A stretch of 63,879 nucleotides of DNA, filler included, from Reclinomonas americana ATCC 50394 (taxonomy: Eukaryota): NCBI GenBank assembly GCA_048213135.1. It is 14 parts of 14 records of this genome, joined end to end, with 100 filler letters (N's around TTAATTAATTAA, not from the genome) between each part and the next. Parts side by side here need not be neighbours in the genome. Positions count along the whole stretch, not along the records: positions 10,061 to 12,912 come from AFZH01018764.1; positions 13,013 to 20,387 come from AFZH01018765.1; positions 20,488 to 22,392 come from AFZH01018767.1; positions 22,493 to 25,138 come from AFZH01018768.1; 10 more parts are not named here. One strand, given 5' to 3'. A program made the translations under genes and the position numbers. Shown here one piece after another: positions 10,999 to 22,856 of this stretch. The notes beneath the pieces were generated by a model, which searched no databases, was not told the origin of the DNA, and saw nothing but the letters and a program-made list of their open reading frames with translations. Numbering within the stretch: position 1 is the stretch's first letter; each line of letters begins with the position of its first letter.

Positions 10999-12195
10999 AT
11001 GCCACTCCTCCTCCCCCTTCGCCATCGTCGCCGCCGTGGCCCCCTCGCCGGCGGCGGCTGCTGCTCTTCCCACTCCTCACCACCCACTCTCCCACGGCCT
11101 CCTCCCGCTTCTCCATCGCAGCCACCACCACCAACAAGGTCAGGAGAAGCATACGAGTGGCACGCCATGAACGCCTCCTCCGACCCACGCTCTCCCTTCC
11201 CCACCAGCTTCACCTCCGTGGCCGTCACAAGCGACGCGCAGCACATTATCTGCGGCAGCGTGGACGGCTCTGTGCATGTGTGGTCGACATCAACTGGTCA
11301 ACTGGTGCGACGCTGTGTGGGCCACACGGGCGAGGTCAACGCAGTGGCCGTGGTGCGTGGCGAGGAGAGCGAGGAGGGTGCCAGCGCAGGCGAACAGCGA
11401 TTCGTCAGCGCCTCCAGCGACAAGACGTTGCGCGTGTGGTCGCTCGCCACCGGACAAACAGTGCGCACTCTCGCCGGCCACGACGGCGCTGTGACGTGCC
11501 TGGCCGCCTCACGCGATGGGCGACTCGTGGCCAGTGGGTGCAGTCGGCCGGAATTCGGAGTGCGCTTGTGGGGCGCCACAGGAGGTGCGCCACGACCGCC
11601 GGCGCTCTACCTGCTCACGGCGCACACCAACACCGTGACCGCTGTTGACATTTCGCGCGACAGTCGCCTGGTCGTGAGCGGGGGCGCCGACTGCATCGTC
11701 AATCTGTGGTCCGTGGCCACGGGCGATATCGTGTGCTCGATTGGTGACATGGATCGAGCGTGCGCCGTGCGCGCTGTGGCGTTTTCGGGAAGCGGACATT
11801 TCGCGTTTGTCGGCACCACTGCTCCCGCGGTGGAGGTGTGCTCGGTGCCAGGTGAGCAGGAGGAGCAGCAGCAGCAAAAGGACGCGTCCGACGGGGACGA
11901 CGACGAGCTGGCCGCCGTGCACCAGCTGCCGGGCCATAGCCATGGAGGAACGCTGTGCATGGCGGTGAGGGAGGACGGCCGCATGCTGGCCACAGGTGGC
12001 GCCGACGGTCGCTGCGCGGTGGTGTCGCTCGCCACGGGCGAGGTGGTGAGCAGTGTGGACCACAACGAGTGGGTGATGGGGGTGGCGTTCACGCCAGAAG
12101 GCCGTCACGTGGTCACCTGCAGTCGCGACTGCACAATTCGAGTGGCGCGAGTGGACAGCGGGCTGGTGGAGAGGGTATTAGAGTCGGCGGGGTAG
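10999..12195 (+). CDS. WD40-repeat beta-propeller protein with diverged repeats (start codon uncertain, 10999 or ~11167)
   Basis: About 7 WD repeats (GHTGEVNAVAVV, SASSDKTLRVWS, GHDGAVTCLAAS, AHTNTVTAVDIS, TCSRDCTIRVAR) in one long exon. Confidence 0.85.
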   Translation: MPLLLPLRHRRRRGPLAGGGCCSSHSSPPTLPRPPPASPSQPPPPTRSGEAYEWHAMNASSDPRSPFPTSFTSVAVTSDAQHIICGSVDGSVHVWSTSTGQLVRRCVGHTGEVNAVAVVRGEESEEGASAGEQRFVSASSDKTLRVWSLATGQTVRTLAGHDGAVTCLAASRDGRLVASGCSRPEFGVRLWGATGGAPRPPALYLLTAHTNTVTAVDISRDSRLVVSGGADCIVNLWSVATGDIVCSIGDMDRACAVRAVAFSGSGHFAFVGTTAPAVEVCSVPGEQEEQQQQKDASDGDDDELAAVHQLPGHSHGGTLCMAVREDGRMLATGGADGRCAVVSLATGEVVSSVDHNEWVMGVAFTPEGRHVVTCSRDCTIRVARVDSGLVERVLESAG

Positions 12196-12687
12196 CAGTG
12201 GTAAAAAGAGAAGCAGCGCTTGATCTGTATGCAGAGGGGTGTGGTTGTGGAGGATCGGGTGGTTGTTGCCATCACTGAAAGGAAAATAGTCATGAGCAGC
12301 GGAAGAAGCAGTGGTCGCTCTGCAGGTGGGCATCCACTACGACCTGTCTTCTCAGTGGTGGTCTGTGGGCGGCACCTCCACATCAGGTGGAGAGGGCAGT
12401 GGAGCGCTCACTTGTCGACGTCGACGTCTTCTTTCACGATATCGATCGCTGGCGCACTCCGTAGCAGGTGGGAGAGGCAAATAGTCAAGAGGACAGAAGC
12501 AGTGGGTCTGCAGTGGAGCGCTTGCCTCGGACGCAACACCACAGTGCACGTGTTGCAGCAGTCATCTCGAACTCGCAGTCAGACTTGTCTTCTCAACAGC
12601 GCAGCAGTTTGGGAAACACAAGAGGACTGAAGCAGTGGCACTGCAGTGAGACGCCCTCACCCACCACACAGACAAGCAAACAGGGCA

Positions 12688-13525
12688 TGCGTTGGCGCCT
12701 CCCATTTCCCTCCTCCCTCCCACTCTTCTGTTTTTGGCAAGTTTCTTTTTTATCAACAAGGGGGGGGAATAGAGTATCTTTTTTCTTCTTCTCAACCACA
12801 ACACACACTCACTCACACCGCAGCAACAAAGGAGGAGACGAGTCTCTCCTGCGCGCATGCGGCTGCTGTGCGAGTGCACGTGGCGCTGCGTACATATTTT
12901 CTCACACACTCANNNNNNNNNNNNNNNNNNNNNNNNNNNNNNNNNNNNNNNNNNNNTTAATTAATTAANNNNNNNNNNNNNNNNNNNNNNNNNNNNNNNN
13001 NNNNNNNNNNNNACCTTTGAGAGAGAGAGAGAGTGCGTGTGTGTGTTAGTTGGTATGTTCGCGTTTTGTTTTATGTTAGTTTTCGCTTCTCTGCTTCTGC
13101 GTACCATTGATGGCCATAGCCACAGAGAGAAGGGCCGCCACGGCCACCACAAACAACACAGCCTTCATGTGATCAGTTACAAACAGTCTTTGCTTGCAAA
13201 CGTGCGCACAAAAAAAAAACGAAAGAGAAAAGCGGTGGCGCGAAAATCAATCAAACGTAACGGTCACATGATGCGATTGGAGTTCGCGCCCAAATACACA
13301 GAGGCAGAGGCGCTCTGCCTTGCGTGAGTACGTGCGTGTATGTGGCGCACCCTCCTCTTCTTGAAGAGGAAAAGAGAGGGTGAGAGAAGGAGGCAGTGCA
13401 CGGAAAAGACCTTCTTTTTGCGGAAAAGTGACCGTTGCAGATCGGAAATGCCGCGGCATGTTCGAGAGGAGAGTTGATGGGATCCGATGCGACACTCCTC
13501 GCACATCTTTGTGCGCACATTGGTG
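12688..13525 (+). CDS. Possible small multi-exon membrane protein spanning a gap
   Basis: Hydrophobic stretch VLVGMFAFCFMLVFASLLL followed by His-rich GHSHREKGRHGHHKQHSLH, with splice-like boundaries. No homology recognised and the model is weak. Confidence 0.25.
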
Positions 13526-13789
13526 AGAGGCGACGGAGGTGAGTGTGAGAGAGAGGAGAGAAGGAGAGGGAGAGAGTGAGAGAGAGGCGGGAAACAGTAA
13601 TCGACACACGCATCGCTTGCCAATAAATCGCAGCGCATTGGTTGAGTGATGCGTGATTGTATCATGCGCCTCCTCCCACGCCGCACCTCCCACCACACGT
13701 CGCACTCACCCAACGGCCACATCGACACCATTCACCACCATGAAGAGTCCAATATGGTAACAATTGCACTTTTTTCCTCGCCTTTCAGT

Positions 13790-16700
13790 TCACGAAGGCA
13801 GCGGGATGGCATACACAAACTCACGAGCCTCGCGCAGTCTCTGGAGGAAGGCTTGGGTGCTCTCCAGTTCCTGCACGCATATCCTCGCCGCCTTGCGGCC
13901 CATAGGCGCCACGTCGCCACATCGTGAGGAAACCGCAGCTGCATACATGCACTGAGCGATGGCGGAGAGTGAGAGGGAAAAGAGCAAGAGACGTACCTCC
14001 AGTGTCGCCAGTGCAACAAGTGTGTACCACACCCACACGAGACCGGTGGGTAACCTGTTGGCCACCTCCAGCTGCATACAGATGCGAGCGATGTGAGACG
14101 GGAGGGAAACCGCATTTCGATATCTCGAAAATCGCCTGCGCTCACCTGTGGCGGCTCGATCTGCAGCACTTTGCACACCTCGGTGCACTCGGTCCACAGG
14201 CCCGACGGCTGCACGTCGACAGCAGAGAAAATGCGCGTGAGTCTGCTGCATGTGGGAGCGCGGGAGACGAGCAATCGAACGCACGCTTTGCTGATACAGG
14301 AGTGTGTCGAGCGGGTTGAAGAACGAGAACTCGCCGACAGACGCCGAGCCCGACGCCACATCAGTGGACGAGGGTGTGGCACTACCGAGGCTGCCAGTCG
14401 CCTGCAGGAACGACGAGGAAGACGAGGCATTGCGCGAGTGACTTCGTGTCTGTGGAATATCGGCGAGTGAGCGGAGGTGCTGTGAGGGGAAAGGGTGACG
14501 ATCGACACAAAACTCGTCCATGTGGCTGCGGTGATGGTGAGCGACTGGAACGACGCAAGGGTGACGACGAGCGCGGTGAGGCGGGGCGAGGCGACAAGCG
14601 ACCGGAAACGCGCGTCACTGCTGGCGAACCGGGAGTGCCAACTCCCTGTTTTGCAGCACACAAGGGAACCATGAGGGGGGAGAGGAAAGCAAAGTGTGGG
14701 GCGATGACGATAGAGGTAAACACACCTTGCTGCTCGTAGATGGCCATGTTCGATAGAGAGCACCGCGGGTGAGAAAAAAAAGAGAGGAGTGACGCAGGCA
14801 ACAGCACGGAACCTCTTGTCGCCCGAAAAGTTTGTCTTGAGCACCACAGCAGAGGGTGGTTCTGTGTGCAGTGTGAGTGTGAGCAGCCGCATGTGGGTGA
14901 AGCAGCAAGTGGCGTTCGTGCGCAACTCCTCGCCGACGCAGCCTTCTCCGTCGTCTCCTCCAGCTTCAGCGATGTGTATTGTGACGGGATGCAGAACTGC
15001 ACGGCCCACTTCATGATATCGTCGCGGGAACTGTGGCAAGAGGGAGAAGTGAGGCGGTGAAAGGGAAGGGAGGAGAAGGGCAAAGATAGGGAAGAAGAAG
15101 CAAGGAGTTGAATGAGAACGGCGAACCGAGAATGACGGTGAAGGCAAGGGAGATGAATGGGAATGAAGATGAAAACGAGACGAAGATGGCGCGGTGGATG
15201 CGGAGAAGTAGAAGAAAATAAACACGGATACACGAAGGAGAAGGAGAAGACAAGTGGCCGCAGGAGTTGAGAAGAAGCAGCGAGAAAGACAAGAATGAAG
15301 AAGGATCAGAGAGGTGAAGAATGGGAAAGTGAAGACGTGGAAGAAGGGCCCTCCCATTTCTATAGCCTTCGTTTCCCATTCTGTCCCTTCTCCATTTCCC
15401 TCCCTTCTTTTTGTCCCTCCTTTTTGGGGGGTGAACAACAGAACGCGAGACTGTTGCATGCACCATGCACAGTTAAAGAAGCCACAACATAATTGTCACC
15501 ACATCAATATCTCAATCTCATCTACAGCGTCTCTCTCCCTCTCCTTCTCTCTCTTCCCCATTCTCTCCCTTGTCGATTCCCTCCTATCTTAATATCCCTC
15601 CCTCTGGTGAACACCAGATAGCGAGACTGTTGCATGCAACATGCACAAATAAAGGAACAGCCATAACACAACTGTCACCACATCAATTTCTCAATCTCAT
15701 CTAACAGCGTTTCTCTCTCTCTCCCTTCTCCTTTCTCTCCCTTCTCCATTTCCCTCCTTTCTTAACATCCCTTGGTGAACACAGAATGCGATGTTGTTGC
15801 AGCAATATGGTAAAAGGAGACACAACACAATGTCACCAAATCAATGTCTCAATCTCATCGACAGCGTCTCTCTCCTCCCTTCCCCTTCCCCCTTTTCCCA
15901 CTTTCCCTCCCATCCCTTTGCACTGTCATGGCCTTTCCTTCCCTTCCCACTTCCCTCCCTTCCCCTTTCTCTCCCTTCTCCATTTCCCTCCTTTCTTAAC
16001 ATCCCTCCCTTTGGTGAACAATAGAAGGCGATGTTGTTGCAGCAACATGCACAGTTAAAGGAACAGCCATAACACACGTGCCTCGGAGAAACTCACAATC
16101 TCATCGACAGCGTCTCTCTCTCCCTCCCTATCTTTCTTCTCCTTTCTCTCCCTTCTCCATTTCCCTCCCTCTGGTGAACAACAGAATGCGAGACTGAAGC
16201 ATGCAACATGCACAGTTAAAGGAGAAGCCACAACACAACAGTCACCACATCAACATCTCAATCTCAACGATAGTTCTCTCTTCTCCAATATCCCTTTTCC
16301 TCTCCCTTTTCTCCCATCCCCTTTCCCTCCCTTCCCCCTTCCCTCCCTTATGTCCATCCACGCAACGCCTGCATCAACTCCAACGACCTCACTCGTCGAT
16401 GCGCCACCAGCGAGTGCATGGCCACACCCTCCAGCGCATCGTCCGGCGACACCACAATCTCAATCGGTTCGACCGGTCCCTCTGATGCACCAAGTATGAG
16501 AGCCACACCTCTTTCCCCCCATTCCCCCTGCATCCTCCCTACGCACGATCATTGTCGTACTGCAGCAAAAGAGTGATGGCTTGCGGGACGTCGGGCATCA
16601 CGGCATATAACAGTACTCGTGAGCCGACGAACAGTGGCAGTGACAGCGACGGGTCGAACATGGGCTGGAGGCGGCACCGCGCGGGCAGGCCGAATCGCAC

Positions 16701-19700
16701 ATTGGTGATGCCGGGCATTTGTGCCACTGCGCAGAGAGAAAAAGTGAGCATGCACAACGGCGTGCAGAAGGAAGAGTGCTGCACTCACCAGCCAGTTGCG
16801 ACAACACAGCATTGGCCAGCGTGTTGGGCGGATCGCTGTCCTCCACCAGCTGATGCGTTCCGTGGCCGATGCGTGCCTACAAAGCAGAACGATTTGAGTT
16901 CGACAAAGAGAACACACGACGCGAGACGCCAGCACCCACCAGCTCCACGACCAAATCCGTGTCCACCTGTCACGCCAATAGTCAGTTTCATCAGCATAAG
17001 ACCATGTGAAGCACACACAAGGAGACTCACCTCGTCGCCAATGCCAATCGCAAACACGCGGGTGTTGGACGACATGCGGCGGACTGCGCTATGAATGAGT
17101 GCACAGTGGTTGATTGTTGACACTTGCATGACAACGCACCTTGCTCAAAACAATCGGCCTTGTTCTTCACGCGACCGTCGGTGAGGATGAAAATCTGGCG
17201 ACTCGTGAACGGCGGCACCTGCACGCGAGTCACTGTGAGTATCCAGATGTGGCACGGAATCAAGCAGACGGCAAACCTCCTGCTCTTGCAAGGCGGCCAA
17301 CACCTCGTGCAGCCTCGTGCCGACCATGTCGGCCTCCATCGATTGCACGAATTGGCGTGCTTCGAGTGTTTTCTGCGCATCGTTGGAGCACGGTGCCGGC
17401 CACAGCGACTGGAATGAGTTGCCGAATCTGTCGCAAAATGCGAAGGTGAGATAAGTGGTCATCAGAGTGCACGAATGAAATCGTGGCACGCAACTTGATA
17501 ATGTTAAAGGACACCTTCAGGGTCAGACTCTGAATAAACATCATGCAGGCGCGCTTGCACTGTGTCATGCGTGCGCCGCGCATGCTCTGGCTGCAGTCGG
17601 CCACGAAAATAAACGAGGTGGAGAGGGTGGGAGGGGCGAGTTCCGCGGGCAGGGCTGTAAAAGGGAAAGGTGGGCGATGTGAGCGGAAGAGGAGGAGAGG
17701 GGAGAGAGCGACGGGAGAGAAAGAGCAGGAGATAGACAGAGGGAGAGAGAGAGTGAGAGAGACTGAGTGAGTGAGTGAACGATGCAGACTGCAATTACGA
17801 CGTCGACCAGACCAATGAGACAGATGAACATGACAATAAATGCAGCAAGGCAAACAAAAACCAAGAAAACGAAGGACATCGGTGTTCGCGGTGGAACCCA
17901 ACAATCAGAATCGGAAAAATGAATGCACAGAGAGAGAGAGAGACAAGAAGAAGAAGAAGAAGATGTGAACGATGCAAGAACGCTCTGCCATCTACACCCC
18001 TCTGTCTCCCTCCCCCTCCGTCTCCCCTCCACTCCCTTCCCCCTTGCCCTTCCACCTCCACCCCTTCCCCTTCTCCCCATTGTACTCACTGAGGGCCAGG
18101 CACACAGCATGCGAGTTCGTCTCACTCGGATCAATGATCGGATGCCGCTGCACGGCCACCGAACACAACCCCAGCACGGCGTGCACTTGCAGCGACAGAT
18201 GCCGTGTCACAGATGACGCGAGCTCCGGAAGAACCGTGGCCTGCACGAACGTGTGAGGAAGGCATTCGACAACTCGCAGTCCCTTCACCGCCACGCAACT
18301 CTTCCCGCAGTCGACTCGCACTGCAGTCGGTGAGTCGGTGACGAGACACCGGCCACTCGTGCGCTCATGAAACAATGCACAATCACTTGCGATTCTTGCA
18401 TCGCATCATTTCTGCGCACACAAGAGTCAGCCAACGATTCGATGAGATATTGACCAAGACCGGCACACACACGCAACGGCGGCAACATGCTCAGCGGCAG
18501 CAGCAATGTGACGCAGCGACGATTCAGGTCGTACGACGCCTCCAACGCAAACAGCACGGTGACCTTGACCTGTGCTCCCGCTGGAATCGGCGGCAGATCA
18601 ATGACCAGCACCTCCTGACCGAAACGACGTGTGAGCGCCTGTCGCTCGCTTGTGACGCCGGCTTCGTCGAAGAACTCGATCCGCTGTGCCTCGCGCTTCA
18701 GTTGTGTCTGCGGTGCGCGGTCAGTTTGCAAGAAGGGAATGAATGGCTGTCAAGCTCGCTCACCAAAAACGTGTCCTTGCCAATGGTGAATCCGGCTTCG
18801 ATGAACACGGCGCCGTTGGACAGTGGAAACACGTACTGGGAGGCGACCTGTGCCTCTCGGTCGTCCTTGTTCACAAACATTTGCTCCACGGAGACCTACA
18901 ATACACGTCGCGGTGAATACACAAAAGTGATTCGTCAAGGATTCGACAAACTCACCGAGGCGCAATAATCCTGCAGTTCCACGTCCACCTTGGTGCCTGT
19001 GATGGAAAACAATGGACAGTCAGAACCCATAAGCTCACGCGTGCGGTCAACAAGCAAGACGAACTCTGCAGAGCGACTCCGAACTTGGGATCGAGAGGAT
19101 ACTGCACGCGAAAGAGATAGCTGGTGAGCGAAGACTCGAAAAACCTTCAAGCCACTGTGGTTACGTAACCTTGGCACTCGGTCCACTGGCCCTCACAGCG
19201 CGAATGCGGAAGTCGTACGGTGACGACGGCTCTGGTCGCTCCTCAATGGAGAACGCAGAGGGCGCGGCAGGCGTGGCCGGCGACTGCGGCATCTCCTCGC
19301 CCTCGAACGCAAATTCGTGCAGCTCGGCATAGTCGGGAACCGCACTGAGAAAGTCCTCCAAACCAACGTCGTGCTTGGCCGGAGGTTGGTCGGGAGTGAA
19401 GGTGCCGGATGCGACCTGTGGGGAGGGGGGGTGAATATCGGTGCCACAAAGCGTACAGGAATGGCGAGAAACGCACGGCAGGCGGCACAAGAGTGTCGGA
19501 ACTCAGAGGGCCAGTCACGAACGACGGCGGTGGAGCATGTGCCGAACTGAGAGCCTCCTGCAACGAAAAGAAGAGGATAAGCAGTTGTGCAACGACACAA
19601 TGAGATGGACAGAGCACGCAACCGAGTTGATGTCAAACTCCATGTCCGACCACTGCTACAGAATCAGCAACATGGCCCCTTCAAAATATCAGAGTAGAAT

Positions 19701-20332
19701 GTGCCACACCTCGCTATTGTCACGCTGGGAACCGCCGTCCGCAGGCAATGCCGCCGAGCTGCCGTCGTCGGATCCTTCAGGAGCGGCAGAGGAGAGAGCC
19801 AGACGAGGGACCGTCTGCAGACCAGCCAGTCAGTCACCAAGACTCCGTGCACACGAGACTGCTCTCGCCCCCCACAAACCACGGCTTCGGTGTGTGACTG
19901 AGAAAGAAAGCTGCCAGCCATGGCCTACAACAGCAGAGATGAGAAATCAGTGCGCAGCGTTCACTCGCGCTCACACAGTCTCACAGACACACCGCATCCA
20001 GCTGGATGGTCTCCAGCGGCGACTCGGCGCCGACAGCGTGTGCGGCGGCGCCTGAAAGCTTCACCAGGTCGGCCACAAACTGCAGCGCGCTCAAGTCCAC
20101 TTGTCGATTGTCCTTTAGTGTGAGGCGCAGGCGATCGGCGGTGCTCTGATCCACCGATGCTGCCGTGCAGATTGCTTGACGGAGTTCGCGCATGGTGAAG
20201 GCGGCTGTCACGAGGGGGTGAGAAGGAGGAAGGTGGGGAGGAGAGAGAGGGGGTAGGAGGTTTACCGGTGACGAAGAACTCGACGTTCTTGGCGGTCCAC
20301 AGGTGGATGCGGAGAGGAACGGGTTTCCATGA
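13790..20332 (-). CDS. VIT + von Willebrand A domain protein (VWA5A/PARP4-like) with a ubiquitin-like N-terminal region; 5' end in the gap
   Basis: VIT: VDVELQDYCAS-VSVEQMFVN..SQYVFPLSNGAVF..IPAGAQVKVTV. vWA: FIFVADCSQSMRG (MIDAS DxSxS), FNIIK/FGNSF, IFILTDG, RVFAIGIG. Downstream family motifs HSLVAHRRVRSLE, IMKWAVQFCIPSQYTS, QPSGLW, WVWYTLVALATLE and W-R-(L)-M-G-R-K-A. Apparent 1-nt frameshift near 13903. Confidence 0.8.
15430..16275. repeat. Intronic tandem repeat: 5 copies of a ~100-bp core separated by variable CT-rich spacers
   Basis: Core ggtgaacaacagaa.gcgagactgttgcatgcaacatgcacagttaaagga..gcca.aacaca..tgtcaccacatcaat.tctcaatctcatc..cagcgtctctct near 15430, 15607, 15775, 16013 and 16173. 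Confidence 0.88.
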
Positions 20333-22043
20333 CTGCGGAAGAGAGGAGAAGAGAATGAGGCAGCCAGAGAGAGAGAGAGAGAGAGAGNNNNNNNNNNNNN
20401 NNNNNNNNNNNNNNNNNNNNNNNNNNNNNNNTTAATTAATTAANNNNNNNNNNNNNNNNNNNNNNNNNNNNNNNNNNNNNNNNNNNNCCCGACTCCGAAG
20501 TGTGTGAGGTGGCATGCCTGCCTGCTGACTCTGCTCGCTCTCTCTCTCTCCCTCTCCTTTGCAGGATGGATGTGTGTGCAGAAGCATTCCTCGCCTTGCC
20601 TCTTGACCAAATGCGTGTTGGCATCAGGTGCTTATCGGTGTGTTTGTCAGTGAGACAGAGCAGATATCTCTCTCCTTCCTCCATTCCTTTCGCTCACAGT
20701 GTACCGACATGCAGGCACCTTAGGGGCAGGTCCCCCTCGTTGTTCCGTAATGATTGCAGGCGTGCTGTGCATCGCCCGCTGCCGGCTGTCACGTCACTAA
20801 GTCGGCTCCACACCTGAATCCCACCGATGCACGATGCAGGTGTGTGGCCCTGTTCTTCGTGATCTCTCTTTCCTCTTTCCCTCCCACTCACCTCAATTAT
20901 GCAGGCCGTGCGTGTCATGGAGAGCGTGGCTGGGTGGATGTACACATGTGTGCCGTGCTGTGCGATGGGTGGCCTGGTCGGTGGATCGTTTTCAATCCCG
21001 GCTGGCAAGTCGGAGCGGATCGATGATGTGCGCGCACCTTGGTTGCTGCTCACACTGCCGAGTGACGATACTGGTGGCCATGGAAGACTGCAGACGCGTG
21101 CTCGGCAATCAACTCATGGGTGGACACATGCGTGTCGTGTTTCCCGATGGGTGGCCTGGTCGGTGGATCGTTCTCGATCCCGGTTGGCAAGTCAGAGCGG
21201 ATCGATGATGTGCGCTTCTTGGTTGCTGCTGTCGCCGCCAAGTAATGATGGTGATGGCCATGGGAGACTGCAGACGCGCGCGTGGCCTGGTGCGTACGTG
21301 TTCTGCATCTGCGTTTAGGAGTAAGTTGGTGAGACTTGGAGATTGACTGACTCAATTCTGTGTGACAGGCGTGCTGGCAAGTGACTGGCGTGCGAAGACA
21401 CGTGGTTCCGTGCCACAGAGTGCATGCATGAGACCATGCACCGGCCTACTGTGAGTGTGATTGAAGGCGCGAGGCATTGATTGTGATCTGGGTTAGGGGA
21501 GGCGAGTCTCATGACGCGGCTGCCTCTTCCATCGCTGTGCTGCTGTGCTGGTCGCTCCTCTCCTGCTCAGTGTGACTCTCTTTCTTCCTTGTACCATCAT
21601 GACGTGCGCCTTGTCAACTTCGTGGTGGATCGATACAAGGAGGCGTGAGGTTTCGAAGACTCGGTGCTTTATGGATTCTCGGGTGTGCCATGGCATCAGC
21701 TCACCAGGGAGCCCGGCATGCGAGTCCTCGTTGAGAGATAATGCAGGTCAGTCGAAAGAGAGTGTCGCTGGACATGCACGGTGCAGCGGAGCGCCAACCT
21801 CGTGTCACCACCACCACCTTGCTTGTCCATTCTGTCGATTTCGCATCGACGAGTACTTCGCATGTCGGTCTTCGTATTCCCACACGCATCAACGAAGCCA
21901 CATCGTTCACACTACCGCATGATGCGTGGGGTGTTGGTTGCAGCCTGGCGAGGGATGAGGGACGTCTCAGAGCAAGGCGGGAAATGGTGACAATCCCGCT
22001 GCGAGCACTCACTCACTCGCACACACTCACACGCACACGGAGA

Positions 22044-22856
22044 ATGACAACAAAGGTGTGAATGTGTGCGCACTTTTGCGTGGTTGGTGTCTGTGCGTGC
22101 ATTCGTGTGCTCGTGAGTGTGTGCGGTTGTTGTTTGTGTGTTTGTGCATGTGCGCCTCACCGCGAGTGATCGACACAGACCATTCAGAGTCTCGCTTCCT
22201 CAGTGAGGTCCGTCGCCGTCACTCCCGATTGCCAGCACATTGTTGGTGGGTGCATGGACAGCACTGTTCGAGTGTGGTCTCTGGCGAGCGGAGAAGAAGT
22301 GCGACGACTAGAGAGAGACACTAGATGGGTGTATTGTGTCGCCGTCACCCCAGATGGCCAGCACATCGTGAGTGGCGGTGGAGACTGTACCANNNNNNNN
22401 NNNNNNNNNNNNNNNNNNNNNNNNNNNNNNNNNNNNTTAATTAATTAANNNNNNNNNNNNNNNNNNNNNNNNNNNNNNNNNNNNNNNNNNNNGGATTGTC
22501 AGTGCGTCGTGAGTGGGAGTGGAGACAGCACCGTGCGAGTATGGTCTCTGGCGAGTGGAGAGGAAGTGCGACGGCTGGAGGGGCACACTGGATGGGTGTC
22601 GTCTGTGGCTGTCTCTCCCGATGGTCTGCACATTGCGAGTGCAGGTGGCCAAGACAATTGCGTGCGAGTCTGGTCCACACCGCGTGGCCTTGCTCGTCTC
22701 GAACTCGACGCTGCGCGCTCGGCCATGCTGGCTATGCAGGAGATGCAGGAGGCGGAGAGGGCCACCGAGGAGGAAGTAGATTCACGACGTCTTCCCGAGC
22801 TGGTTCTGCGCTGTTTCATCGTCGAGGATGCCGAGGTCGTCCTTTTCCGGTGCTGA
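22044..22856 (+). CDS. High-internal-conservation WD40 protein with C-terminal helical module, copy 1 (type A, interrupted by a gap)
   Basis: Exon 1 ATGACAACAAAG|gt, exon 2 from 22179 (TIQSLASSVRSVAVTPD). After the gap ...VWSTPRGLARLELDAARSAM...RLPELVLRCFIVEDAEVVLFRC*. Confidence 0.82.

Noticed and set aside
15430..16275. Repeat-spacer layout as a CRISPR-like array
   Set aside because: The repeats are ~100 bp and degenerate, the spacers are low-complexity CT tracts, there are no cas genes, and the context is a eukaryotic intron.
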